From an uncultured Planctomycetota bacterium (GTDB lineage Bacteria > Planctomycetota > Planctomycetia > Gemmatales > Gemmataceae), in assembly GCA_963784995.1 (NCBI GenBank), contig CAWATZ010000006.1, positions 328,853-392,852 on the forward strand: DNA of 64,000 nucleotides, in the 5' to 3' direction. The position numbers and the translations under genes were made by a program. Below, in pieces: positions 20,955-30,840 of this stretch (position 1 is the first letter of the stretch; each line of letters opens with the position of its first letter). The notes beneath the pieces were generated by a model that made no database searches, was not told the origin of the DNA, and saw only the letters and a program-made list of their open reading frames with translations.

Positions 20955-21973
20955 TTAGCCCTGTGGCTGGCCACCCTGCGGTTGGCCACCTTGAGGCTGG
21001 CCACCCTGGGGCTGGCCACCTCCTCGACCCTGACGACCACCTCCTCGACCCTGACGACCCTGGCCTCCCGGATTTCCCTGGCCGGCCTGAGCCGGGTCGG
21101 CCGGCGGCACGGTTCCCGAATCCGCCAAACCCACCCCGGCCTCGACCCTGCCGTTTGAACTCCGGACCGAGCATCTCGTCCCACTTGTTTTGTTGATCGG
21201 TCGTGAGGACTGCCCGCAGGTCGTCCTTTTGCACCTGGCGCGACTCCTCAGCCTTCTTGCGCATTTCATCCATCCATTTCGCCCGTTCCTCCGGGTCGGC
21301 TGGTGGCTGGTTGTTGCCTCCGTTGCCACCGGGGGCGCCCCGGCCCCGGCCACCGGGGCCGCCCCGGCCGTTCTGGTCTTCCATCTTCTGCTTGAGTGAC
21401 GCAATCTGAGCCTTTGTTAACCTGAGCGTCTGGGCAACGTCATCCTTGTCATCGACCCAGGCTTGCTTCTCTGCGGCGCGACTGGTAATAGATCTGTCTG
21501 AGCCGGAGCATTTGCTCGGGACTCAGGGCGCTGGTGATCGCCTTGAGGGCGACCCGGTGATAGTAGTTCCTCTTTTTCTCTTTCTGAGGCGGAGGGAGGA
21601 TCAAGGTTTCCGGGTTGCGGGACACGTCATAGTTCATCAGGTCGCGGATCTCCCGGACTTTCTCCTTCTGTTCGTCGGACAGGTTCAGCTCGGTCGCCAC
21701 GTCCTCTCCCCTGAGCAAATCCGGGGCCATCTCCCCAAACCGGGACGGGCGGGTGTCGGACATCATGGCATACGTGGTCACCCCGAGCAGCACGATGAAA
21801 GCTACCGAGCCGATGATCACCAGCCGACCGTAGCGCTCCCACCACGTCTTCGGGACAGTCCCTGGAGGAAGTTTCCCGGCCGGCTTTCCGGGAACACCCG
21901 TTGTGACGCCCCTCGGAGTCGGGACTCCGGGTCTGGTGGTGATGTCTTTCTTCTGCATGGCGAGTCTCCCCAT
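20955..21973 (-). CDS. Membrane-anchored LTXXQ-motif (Spy/CpxP-like) periplasmic protein with a Gly/Gln/Pro-rich low-complexity tail; at least one apparent frameshift ~21440
   Basis: TM segment LVIIGSVAFIVLLGV; LTXXQ-like motifs LNLSDEQ, LSPEQ, RLTKAQ, VLTTDQQ; a (GGQPQ)n tail. ORFs 21446-21973 and 20887/20955-21404 are contiguous in different frames. The 3' end is uncertain. Confidence 0.5.
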
Positions 21974-22151
21974 GTTTCAATCCGCCCCCAGGTGGATCCC
22001 GGGGGAAACGAACCGGCGTTTCCAGTATCAACACCGCAGCCGGGTGGATGTCCCACCGGTTTGCGGATTCTTCTGCCTCGTTCTCGTTTCAAGGATGGAT
22101 TTTAGCACCGAAGCCGTCTCGTTGGGTATCCCGGAATTCGCTGGGGGGCGT

Positions 22152-23098
22152 TCAGGCGGTCTCGAAGCAGGCGACGATGGCCGTGACGTTGTCCTTTCCG
22201 CCCCGCGCGTTCGCCTCGACGATTAGACGCTCACACGCCGGCTTCGGTTCCTTCTCGGCAGCGAGGATGGCGGCGATGTCCCTGTCGTCGAGCATGTCGG
22301 TCAGCCCGTCGGAGCAGAGCAGGATGCGGTCGTCCGGCTGCAGTTCGGCCATCTGCACTTCGGTCTGCACTCCGACCGAGCCTCCTCCCAAGACGTTGGT
22401 GACGACGTGCCGCCACTGGTGATGGACCACCTCCTCCGGTTTGATCACTCCCCGCCGGGCCAGCTCCCCCGCCAGAGTGTGATCGACGGTCAGCTGCCGG
22501 ATCTGGCTGCCCCGCAACAGGTAGCAGCGGCTGTCTCCCGCATGAAACACCCACAGCTTCCAGCCGCTGGTAAAGGCCATGGTCAGGGTGGTGCCCATGC
22601 CAGCGAACTCCGGATGGTGCGCCGACTCCTCGGCCAGGCGGGCGTCGGCTTCCCGCAGCGCCGTCCGAAAATCCTTCAGCACCGTCGGCTCGTCTGCCGT
22701 TTGCAAGTTGGAGAAGCGCTTGAGGATGTGCAGCACGTAGGCTTCGATGCTGGCCACGGTCATGGCGCTGGCCACCTCCCCGGCGCGGTGGCCGCCCATG
22801 CCGTCGGCGACCAGGAAGACGTACGCCCGGTTGCGGCCATGCTGCGTCTCCGGCTGCGGCAGGCTGGTCTGCCGGACCCAGAGCGTCCGGGCCAGCTCCC
22901 CGATCAGGAACTGGTCCTCGTTCGAGGAGCGGACCTTGCCCTTGTCGGTGCTGCCGTGGCTGCGCACCCTCGGGGGAGCTTGCGTGGGAAGCACGATCGG
23001 AGCTGTATCGTCGGGTCGAGTCACGCGGCCTGCCCTCCTGAGACGTCTGGCAAGCGATCTCTCCTGGCGATCCTGACCAGGAAATGACCGGGCTGGCA
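22152..23098 (-). CDS. PP2C-family Ser/Thr phosphatase
   Basis: DKGKVRSSNEDQF…FLVADGMGGHRAGEVAS…LLCSDGL…GGKDNVT. The N-terminal two-thirds of the 613-aa ORF is antisense to the methyltransferase and was rejected. Confidence 0.8.
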
Positions 23099-23277
23099 TT
23101 GAGATTTCTTGAGGATAGCGGTGTGGGAGCCGCGATGCAAGCCAGAGGTGCAGGCCCCGATGAAAGTCGCGATTTGCTGGACCGGGTCGGTCCCGTTTCC
23201 GAATAATAGTTGCAGGGTGGGAAGACGAGCCGCTCGTTTGCCGATACCCTGCCGACAGCGGAGCCAGGAAAAGTCCA

Positions 23278-24077
23278 TGCTTCACGAACAAGTTACCCAG
23301 ACTCTGCTGCAACTGCTGCATTCGACACCGCCCAGCGCCGATTCCCTTCTGGCCGCGTTGCGGCTGCTGGCCAAGCATCGCTCCCTCCTCCTCCAGAACA
23401 CGCTGATCCAGTTGTGTGGCAGCCGGGTCCTTTCCGGACCCTTCGAGGGAATGGCGTTCCTGCCCACGTCGGCGGAAGGCTGTCACGTCCCGAAATTGCT
23501 GGGCTGTTACGAGGCCGAGCTGCATCCGGCGATGGAAACGGTTGTCCGCGGCGGCTGCGAGGTGATCCTCAACGTCGGCTGCGCCGAGGGTTACTATGCG
23601 GTCGGCCTGGCTCGCCGCCTGCCGGGCTGCAAGGTGCTCGCCTTCGACAGCAATCCGGCCTCCCAGGCCTCTTGCCGCCAGCTGGCAACGCTGAACGGCG
23701 TCCTGGACCGCATCGAGGTCGGCGGCTTGTTCCAGGGTCAGCAGTTCGCGGATTATGCCTCGAAAGCGACCCTGGTGCTGTGCGACGTCGAGGGCGCGGA
23801 AGGGGAGCTGCTCGATCCCGTCGCGTTTCCCGCTCTGCGGGGGATGGACGTGATCGTCGAATGCCACGATTGTTTTCGCCCGGGCCTCTCCGAGGAGCTG
23901 CAGCGCCGTTTCGCGGGCAGCCACGTGATTGAGCGGTTCCAGCAAACCCTCCGGGCCGTGTCGCTGCCCCCCTTTTTCGCCCAGCTGGGGCACCTCGATC
24001 AGCTCCTCGCCGTCTGGGAATGGCGGTCAGGACCGACGCCGTGGCTGGTCATGCGTAGGTCAGGCTTTCCAGCCTGA
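23278..24077 (+). CDS. Class I SAM-dependent methyltransferase
   Basis: Motif I VILNVGCAEGYYAVGLARRL; start MLHEQVTQ. Confidence 0.7.
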
Positions 24078-24113
24078 CACTTGCGGTCGTGTCAGGCTGG
24101 AAAGCCTGACCTA
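24058..24113. terminator. 23-bp-stem hairpin between the convergent methyltransferase and WD40 genes; candidate bidirectional terminator
   Basis: aggtcaggctttccagcctgaca…tgtcaggctggaaagcctgacct. Confidence 0.45.
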
Positions 24114-24118
24114 CGGCA

Positions 24119-25123
24119 TCATCCCTTCATTGCGTAAACGATGGCCCGGTTGTGGCCGACCATGAAAACGGTGTCGCCGGCGTCATTGAGAAGGAAGTCG
24201 TGAACGTGCATCGGCACCTGTTCCTGACGCAGCACTTTTTTGGCAGCCAGGTCGAAGAACAGGAAGAAGCCGCTGCCCGCTCCGCCCGCGCCCAGCAACC
24301 ATGCGCCGGAGGGATGGAACTGCAGCCGATTAACCAGCCCCTGGAAGCGGTCGCTGACGAACTCGTGGGTCCGCTCCCCCTTCCGCCAGTCGAACACCTC
24401 CACGCGGCCCTTGGCCTCCAGGTGGTCGATGTTGCCGATCTTGCCCGTGCCGCCGACCGCCAGGAACTTGCCGTCCGGTGAGAAGGCCAGCGACCGGGGA
24501 CCGCCGATCGAGTGCCGCCGCGCCACCGGGTCCCAGGTGTACATGATGGGAGCTTCCATCGTCGCCACCTGCTTACCGGTCTCCACTTCCCAGACGATGA
24601 TCCTGGCCGGCTTATCGACCGTGGCCAGGTGCTTGCCGTCGGGCGAGAAGGCGCAGGCGTAGAGCATCGAAGTGAAGTTGTGCGGGGTCAGCTCCTTGTG
24701 GCCGCGCAGCTCACGGATCAGCTTGCCGGTAGCACCGTCCCACAGCTTGCAGACCATGTCGTCGGCGACGCTGGCCACGATCTTGCCGTCCGGAGAGGTA
24801 ACCACCTTGCGGATCCACTTGCTATGGGCATCGACGGTGCGGGCCATGCTGCCGACGGTGGTGTCCCACCAGATCAGCTTGCCGTCGTAGCCGCCGGAAA
24901 CGACGGTCGAGCCGGTCACTGCCACGGAAGTAACGTAGCTGGCGTGGGCGGCCAGGGGTTTGAACTCGGGCTTGGCTTGCGTCAGGTCGGTTTCGTAGAC
25001 CTTGAAGTCGGAGCTGCCGACAAAGAAGCGATTGGTCCCGGGCAGGCGGGCAATGCCAAAGAGGATGTCGGGCCGGCTGACGTTCAGGGTTTGCTTGATT
25101 TTATCGGGATTGGGGGCAGGCAT
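24119..25123 (-). CDS. WD40/beta-propeller repeat protein
   Basis: Repeats with GYDGKLIWWD, VADDMVCKLWD, AFSPDGKHLATVD, AFSPDGKFLAVGG; likely start MPAPNPDK. Confidence 0.6.
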   Translation of the reverse strand: MPAPNPDKIKQTLNVSRPDILFGIARLPGTNRFFVGSSDFKVYETDLTQAKPEFKPLAAHASYVTSVAVTGSTVVSGGYDGKLIWWDTTVGSMARTVDAHSKWIRKVVTSPDGKIVASVADDMVCKLWDGATGKLIRELRGHKELTPHNFTSMLYACAFSPDGKHLATVDKPARIIVWEVETGKQVATMEAPIMYTWDPVARRHSIGGPRSLAFSPDGKFLAVGGTGKIGNIDHLEAKGRVEVFDWRKGERTHEFVSDRFQGLVNRLQFHPSGAWLLGAGGAGSGFFLFFDLAAKKVLRQEQVPMHVHDFLLNDAGDTVFMVGHNRAIVYAMKG

Positions 25124-25145
25124 GGGTGGGGTCCTTGAGTAGCGC

Positions 25146-25250
25146 AGGTGAATGTCTTGGTTAGCCGCGACGCGGAGCGGCGGAGCCGCGCAGCGGAGCG
25201 CGTTCGCGGCCTCGAACACGCGCTCCGCTGCGCGTCGCGGCTAACTGAGG
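25146..25250. terminator. Long imperfect GC-rich palindrome overlapping the DUF1501 stop codon
   Basis: gttagccgcgacgcg…cgcagcggagcgcgtt / aacacgcgctccgctgcgcgtcgcggctaac. Confidence 0.4.
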
Positions 25251-26593
25251 ACGGCCTTGATCGGGTTAAAGCCCTTGTCAACCAGCGGCACCGGCCGGGA
25301 GCCGACGTAGTAGTTCTTGTGCGGGTTGATGCCCAGGGCCGCGTAGATGGTGGCGAACAGCTCGCCCGCCCCCACCTCGCCCTCGGTCACGCGCTGGCCC
25401 TTGTCATCGGTCTTGCCGTAAACGCCGCCCTTGATGCCGGCGCCCGTGAGGCTCACGCTCCAGGCCGAGGCGAAGTGATCGCGGCCCAGGCTGGCGTTGA
25501 TCTGCGGCGTCCGGCCGAACTCGGCCATGGTGATGATCAGCGTGTTCTTGAGCAAGCCGCGCTGCTCCAGGTCATCGACCAGGGCGGCCATGACGTGATC
25601 CAGCTCGGGCACCAGCTCCTGGTGCGTCTCGAAGTTCTGGCCGTGGCTGTCCCACCAGGCCCGGCTGACGCGGACAAACGGCACGCCCGCCTCGACCAGC
25701 CGCCGGGCGACCAGCGTTTGCTGGCCGAACTGGGTCGGTCCATAGGCGTCGCGCATCTTCTGCGGCTCCTGGCTGGCGTCGAACAGCTTCTCGCTGGCCA
25801 TCAGTCCACGAACGCGCGAATACGCCTCGGCATGGCTGCTGACGGCCGAGGTGCCCCGGCCCTCGCTGAAGCGCTTGCTGAGGAAGTCGCGCAGCTCGGC
25901 CCGCTGCTGATGGTCCTGAGCGGTGATGTCCTTCAGGCGGGTGAGGTTCTCGGGGATCATGCTCTTGTACAGCTCCATCGGCTCAAAGCGAGCGCCAGGA
26001 AGCCCGCTGCGCCGGGAGCCATGCCGCGGCCCTCGGTCTCGAAATAGAAGTGGACGTAATCGGGCACCGGGCTGTCCGGCTTGCCCAGCTCGCGAGCCAG
26101 CACGGCTCCCAGGTCGGGATACTTCAGGGTCGCCTCGTCGCGCCGGCCGCGCATCATCACCTTGGCCGCGCTGCCATGATCGCCGTTCTTGGTGTTCAGC
26201 GAGCGGATGACGCAGGTGTGCTTCATCCGCTGGGCCATCTTCGGCATCAGTTCTGAGATATGGACCCCTGGGACCGAAGTCGGGAATGGCCCGGAAGGGG
26301 CCGCCCGTGGTCGCGCCTGGCTTGGGGTCCCAGGTCTCCAGCTGGCTGGCGCCGCCGGCCAGCCACAGCACGATGCACGCTTTCTGCTGCCGTTTCAGCT
26401 CATTGGCCAGGGCCGGGCTGCCGAGGACGTTGAGGCCGGTCATGTCGGCGGCAAAGCCGGCCGAGCCGGCCGCCAGGGCGCCGAGGAAGCCGCGGCGCGT
26501 CAGGGGGTGATCGAGAGATCCGCAGAAGGATCGGTCTTTTCGGGAGGCCATGTGTCGCTCTCCTGAGAGGGAAGGGTTTTGGGGTGGGATCAA
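25241..26593 (-). CDS. DUF1501-family protein (Tat signal; sulfatase-like fold); two apparent frameshifts ~25960-26250
   Basis: RRGFLGALAAGSAG; TWDPKPG; the C-terminus has DxHG-like motifs (AEFGRTPQ…DHFASAWS). The middle segment matches DUF1501 only in the alternative-frame ORF 25957-26247 (IRSLNTKNGDHGSA…). Confidence 0.75.
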   Translation of the reverse strand: MIPPQNPSLSGERHMASRKDRSFCGSLDHPLTRRGFLGALAAGSAGFAADMTGLNVLGSPALANELKRQQKACIVLWLAGGASQLETWDPKPGATTGGPFRAIPDFGPRGPYLRTDAEDGPADEAHLRHPLAEHQERRSWQRGQGDDARPARRGDPEVSRPGSRAGSRAGQAGQPGARLRPLLFRDRGPRHGSRRSGLPGARFEPMELYKSMIPENLTRLKDITAQDHQQRAELRDFLSKRFSEGRGTSAVSSHAEAYSRVRGLMASEKLFDASQEPQKMRDAYGPTQFGQQTLVARRLVEAGVPFVRVSRAWWDSHGQNFETHQELVPELDHVMAALVDDLEQRGLLKNTLIITMAEFGRTPQINASLGRDHFASAWSVSLTGAGIKGGVYGKTDDKGQRVTEGEVGAGELFATIYAALGINPHKNYYVGSRPVPLVDKGFNPIKAVLS

Positions 26594-28227
26594 TGGTTGA
26601 AACGGAACTCCGCACTGGTAATCAGGGCCCAGACCAGCTGCCGATACGCATCGACCGGCCGGTCTTGCCTCTCCTTGAGGAACTTCTCCAGCACGGCCAA
26701 CTCATCCGCTTGCGGGCCACGGCACAGCGTCGCCGATACGGCAACGTGAATCGCCTCCCGGGCCTCCTTGCACGCCTTCATCCGGCCAATCAGCCGATCG
26801 GTCCCGTCGGTGAGGAACTCCTGGGAGAGGCGGTCGCCGTTGCTGAACAGCAGCGCCTCGCTGACGCCGACCTGGAAGTCCTCGCCGGGCTGTTCCAGCA
26901 GGCTGGCGAAGCCGCGAGCACTGCTCTCCTGCCCTTCGACGAACTTCTCGAACTCCTCCGGTTTGCCGGCCTGTACCCGGCTGGTGTCGGTGGTCGCCAG
27001 CCGCAGCGACAGGGCCAGCTGCATGGGCGTCAGCGGCCGGACCCGGGTCACGGCAAAGAGGTACGGCGGCGGCAGAGTACTGCTGTGCCAGCGGCTGGCG
27101 CGGGCGTAGGTCTGGCTGAGGACCAGGCCGCGGATCAGCCGCCGCAGGTCGTAGCCGTGCTCGGCCGTGTCGCGGGCCAGGAAGTCGAGCAGCTCGGGAT
27201 GGCTGGCCGGGTTCTCGGAGTGCATCTGGTCCAGCGGCATCACCAGGCCCCGGCCAAACAGCCGATACCAGAGGCGATTGACGATGTTGCGAGCGAAGAA
27301 GCCACGCTGGTCGGGCTGCAGCGACAGCTCCACCAGGCTCCGGCGGGCGCTGAATTTCGGGGCCGGCGGCGGCGTCTTGGTTCTCTTGTGCTTCTCGAAC
27401 AGTTCCTTGTCCTTGCGGATCTCGTCGCCGCTGGGCTCGCGGAGACTGGCGTCGGCGACGGTCTTGCCGGTCAGGAACATCATCCGGGCCGTCTTTTCCT
27501 GGCCCTTGGTGGTCTTGAACTTGACCAGGCCCAGTTCGCGCTCGCCCAGGAAGCCGCCGTTGTCGAAGGTCCGGCTCAGGAACGACTTCAGGCCATAGAA
27601 ATGGTCCTGCTTCCAGTCCTGCACCAGCGGATGATCGTGGCACTGGGCACAGCTGACGTTGACGCCGAAGAACAGCGAGCTGACCTCGGCCGTCAGCCGG
27701 TCCTGGTCCTTGACGCGCACCTGGAGGAAATCGCTGGCGCCTTTCAGGGCCGGGTTGCTCTCGTCGGGCACCATCAGGGCGCGATAGATCCGGTCCCACG
27801 ACTGGCCGGAGGTAAGGGCCCGGGTCAGGAAATCGCGGATGCTGTTGCGATAGCCGGCCATGAGGGTGGCGTCGAGGTCGGTGGCCAGGTGGCGGACCGC
27901 GGCCGGGGAGGCCAGCAGCCGCTCGACCAGCTTGACCTTCTTATCGGGATCGGTCGATTCGACGAAGGCCCTGGTTTCCGCCGGGGTCGGGATCCGACCG
28001 ACCAGGTCGAGCATCAATCGCCGCAGCAGGGTGCTGTCGTCGGCGGGACCGGCCGGCTTCACGTTCTCTTCTTGCAACCGCAGAATAACATAGTGATCGA
28101 CAGCCTGCTCGATGGGCTGAGTGGGCGGCAGCAGATCGTCGGCGCGGACGGCGAAACCACAGCAGAGGTGGGCCAGGACGGCCAGAGGCAGGAGGTAGCG
28201 CATACGCTGTTCCTTTCGGTAGGACAC
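26590..28227 (-). CDS. DUF1549/DUF1553-family protein (PSD1-like), secreted
   Basis: VSCAQCHDHPLV (DUF1549) and RLWYRLFGRGLVMPLDQM…NPASHPELLDFLA (DUF1553). Its stop overlaps the DUF1501 start, the canonical planctomycete pairing. Confidence 0.8.
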   Translation of the reverse strand: MSYRKEQRMRYLLPLAVLAHLCCGFAVRADDLLPPTQPIEQAVDHYVILRLQEENVKPAGPADDSTLLRRLMLDLVGRIPTPAETRAFVESTDPDKKVKLVERLLASPAAVRHLATDLDATLMAGYRNSIRDFLTRALTSGQSWDRIYRALMVPDESNPALKGASDFLQVRVKDQDRLTAEVSSLFFGVNVSCAQCHDHPLVQDWKQDHFYGLKSFLSRTFDNGGFLGERELGLVKFKTTKGQEKTARMMFLTGKTVADASLREPSGDEIRKDKELFEKHKRTKTPPPAPKFSARRSLVELSLQPDQRGFFARNIVNRLWYRLFGRGLVMPLDQMHSENPASHPELLDFLARDTAEHGYDLRRLIRGLVLSQTYARASRWHSSTLPPPYLFAVTRVRPLTPMQLALSLRLATTDTSRVQAGKPEEFEKFVEGQESSARGFASLLEQPGEDFQVGVSEALLFSNGDRLSQEFLTDGTDRLIGRMKACKEAREAIHVAVSATLCRGPQADELAVLEKFLKERQDRPVDAYRQLVWALITSAEFRFNH

Positions 28228-28593
28228 CAGGGCATCCGGGGAACAAACCGGAAACCCAGCAAATCGGCGGGTGCCTGGGAGAGGGAGGGCATCCCAGGGT
28301 TGGTATATTGGGTTATTATGGTCAGGTCCGCTGAGGAATGCAAGTAGGTGATTTCGCGACAGCGGAAATCGTTCCGGAAGTCGTTGGGCCCCTTGCGTTT
28401 TCCGTTTTGATCATCTTACCCCTGTTTCCGTTGCGATGCTGTCGCCCTTCTTTTCCGGCGAATTCGGTATTTCTCCGATTCTCCTGCCAAGTGCGCAGAA
28501 TCCCGCCGCCGATAAACTTTATGGATTGACGCGACGGATCAGGCATTCCTGCTTTGCTCGGCCGGCCCGTCCAGGGAGGAAAGGAAGGAATCC

Positions 28594-29385
28594 ATGCGAC
28601 CTTCGGTTTGGCTGTTGCGGTTGGGGGCTGGCCTGCTGGCCTGCGTCACGGCCCTGAGGTGCCAGCAAGTCCATTGTTCGGCCCAGTGCTGTCCAGCCGC
28701 CGCGGGGCACGTCTGCCCGTGCGTGATGCAGTGCCCCTGTCAATGCGCCAGTCCTTCGGCGTCCGTCGGGTATCCAGCGGCACTCCGCATTGAAACGGTG
28801 GAACCGCCTCGGCCCACCATTCCCCCGCGAATCGTGGCCCGGCCGAGCGTCCCGAAGCTGGTGGTCGTCCAGCAGTTGCATTCGCCTTACCAGCCGTATC
28901 GTGCTTACCAGACGCACCAAGCTTACTCGGCTTATGCCCCCAGGCCCGTCCCACTTTATCCAGTGCCGCCTCCGGTCTCTGCCGTGCCGTTGCCCCAGTC
29001 CAGCCCGCCCATCGTCTGGACGGCGTCCCGGGCTCCGCGCCAGGAAGTCACAGGCCCCGAGATCACTCCCCTCGGACACGCGGAGCAACCCCAGGCCGGG
29101 CCCGTCACTTCCGTTTCAGTGACCCGCTTCCCCTACGCTCACCAGAGCAACTACCTCTGGCTGATCGGCATTCTGGAACGGGGGCCCGAGGTCGGCACCT
29201 GCGCGCTGCGCTTTGGCCGGCCGGACGAGCCGGACCACTACGGCGGCCGGCTGCCCCTGGTGGCGCCGCAACCCATCGCCGGCTACCACATTGGCCAGGT
29301 GCTGCGCGTGGAGGGACACGTGGTCCGCGACAACAATCAGTTCGCCTACCAGGTCGAGCGCATCGAAGTGCTGGGACAGCCCTGA
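28594..29385 (+). CDS. Secreted Cys-rich/Pro-rich hypothetical protein, paralog 1
   Basis: Signal peptide; CQQVHCSAQCCPAAAGHVCPCVMQCPCQCA; a Pro-rich linker; a conserved ~90-aa C-terminal domain shared with 29667-30621. Confidence 0.55.
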   Translation: MRPSVWLLRLGAGLLACVTALRCQQVHCSAQCCPAAAGHVCPCVMQCPCQCASPSASVGYPAALRIETVEPPRPTIPPRIVARPSVPKLVVVQQLHSPYQPYRAYQTHQAYSAYAPRPVPLYPVPPPVSAVPLPQSSPPIVWTASRAPRQEVTGPEITPLGHAEQPQAGPVTSVSVTRFPYAHQSNYLWLIGILERGPEVGTCALRFGRPDEPDHYGGRLPLVAPQPIAGYHIGQVLRVEGHVVRDNNQFAYQVERIEVLGQP

Positions 29386-29666
29386 GAATCAGTCCCCAAA
29401 GGTGCAAACGGCTCGGCGAGAGCGACCGGGAGAAGCAGGCAACGCGGAGCAAGCAACGAAATCTGGAAAGCTGAATCAAGTGCGGTGACACCCATCTCCG
29501 ATATAGATAGTAGAAAACAGCACGAGGCTTCCCGGAGGGAAGCCAACGGGCGCTGTTCATCGCTAGCAAAGGAAGAGGAGCGAGGGCCCGGCCTGAAGAG
29601 CGACCAGGGTCGCCTGGGCCGCGGGGCCTGGTACTCCCGAACTCGTTTATGGAGGAATTGTCTCGT

Positions 29667-30621
29667 GAATGCTGCGTTCCTGCTGACCACGGCCGCGTGG
29701 CTTTCGGGCGCGGAGATGGCGCCCGCTGCACCGGCCGCTGCCGCACCGGCCACTGCTGCTCCGGCAGCAATGGCCCCGGCCCCCTCAACCACGATCCTGT
29801 CGGCCCCTTCCGGTATGATCATCGAGCGCCCCGGCAGGGGCCTGCCACGGTCCCAACTGTGGCGCCGCTCCGATGGTGACGGGCGACTGTGGTTGTGTCG
29901 AGGCCAAGCCCGGTTTCTTCTCGCGTTTCCGCCGGTCCAAGCCGGTCGATTGCTGCTGTGACTGTGCGGCCCCGGCGCCGCGCCGGTGGTTGTGCCCACC
30001 CCCTGCTGCGATCCGTGCAAGGAACCGCGCCGGGGTCTGTTCAGCCGGTTGTTCAGCCGCAACACGCCGGCCCACGATTGCTGCGATTGTGCCCCGGTCG
30101 GGCACATCGCTCCGGTCCCGCACGGCGGCACCGTGATCTACGGTGCGGCGCCCATGCAAATCGAGACCGTTCGCCCGACCGCCGAGCCGGTCAAGAAGCC
30201 AACGGTTGAGCCGGGCAAGCCGATGCCCTCCGGCAAGACTTCCATCCTGATGCCGCCGGCCGTGGACCTGGCCCCGACCAACCCCAAGGTGAGCGAGACG
30301 GAGAACCTGCACCCTTTTGAAATTAGCCGTCAGTATGAGTCGCGCGTCGATCGTGCGCCGGATTACAGCTGGATCACGGGGCAGCTGTTTTACGTGCATG
30401 CTGACGGCGGCAGGTGGGTCCTCCGTTACGCACCGCTTGGTCAGGAAGACCCACACGGTGGTGGGGTGATTCTGGCTCGGGATCGGCAGATGGATAGCTA
30501 TCGGGAAGGCGACCTGGTCCGGGTCAAGGGCGAGTTCCTTGATGAAAGGCCTTCGCTTTACCTGGGCGCTCCGCTGTACCGGACCTCGGACATCGAACTG
30601 GTGGATCGGACAGGCCATTAA
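29667..30621 (+). CDS. Secreted Cys-rich hypothetical protein, paralog 2 (GTG start; about 2 apparent frameshifts ~29820-29990)
   Basis: Signal peptide VNAAFLLTTAAWLSGA; repeated C-rich modules (…KPGFFSRFRRSKPVDCCCDCA / CCDPCKEPRRGLFSRLFSRNTPAHDCCDCA) spread over 3 frames; C-terminal domain DYSWITGQLFYVHADGGRWVLRYAP…LVRVKGEF homologous to paralog 1. Confidence 0.5.
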
Positions 30622-30687
30622 CCGGCCGACCGCTCCGGATCACTCGGCCCTCCGCGTTCGTGCAACAGCGCCGCGGACCAACTTCAG

Positions 30688-30737
30688 CAACAGCACGACC
30701 CCGGGATCGAGGAATCGATCCCGGGGTCGTGCTGTTG
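30688..30737. terminator. Perfect 23-bp-stem hairpin with GGAA loop between convergent genes
   Basis: caacagcacgaccccgggatcga-ggaa-tcgatcccggggtcgtgctgttg. Confidence 0.45.
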
Positions 30738-30745
30738 TTGCGGTC

Positions 30746-30826
30746 GGCGAGCGGCGCGGCGTAAGCCCGCCGGTAAAGACTGCCGATACCGGCGGGCTCA
30801 CGCCGCGCCGCTCGCCGCGCCGTTCC
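30746..30826. repeat. GC-rich hairpin element PE-2, copy B
   Basis: ggcgagcggcgcggcgtaagcccgccgg…ccggcgggctcacgccgcgccgctcgcc; homologous to 3751-3832, including the shared downstream gcgccgtt…ctcaag flank. Confidence 0.55.
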
Positions 30827-30840
30827 CTCAAGGGTGTCCG

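Noticed and set aside
23099-23993. N-terminal two-thirds of the 613-aa minus-strand ORF
   Set aside because: It overlaps the plus-strand methyltransferase, which has a clear SAM-binding motif, in antisense. The PP2C domain begins only near MPARSF.
26584-28347. 587-aa plus-strand ORF
   Set aside because: It is antisense to the DUF1549/DUF1553 gene.
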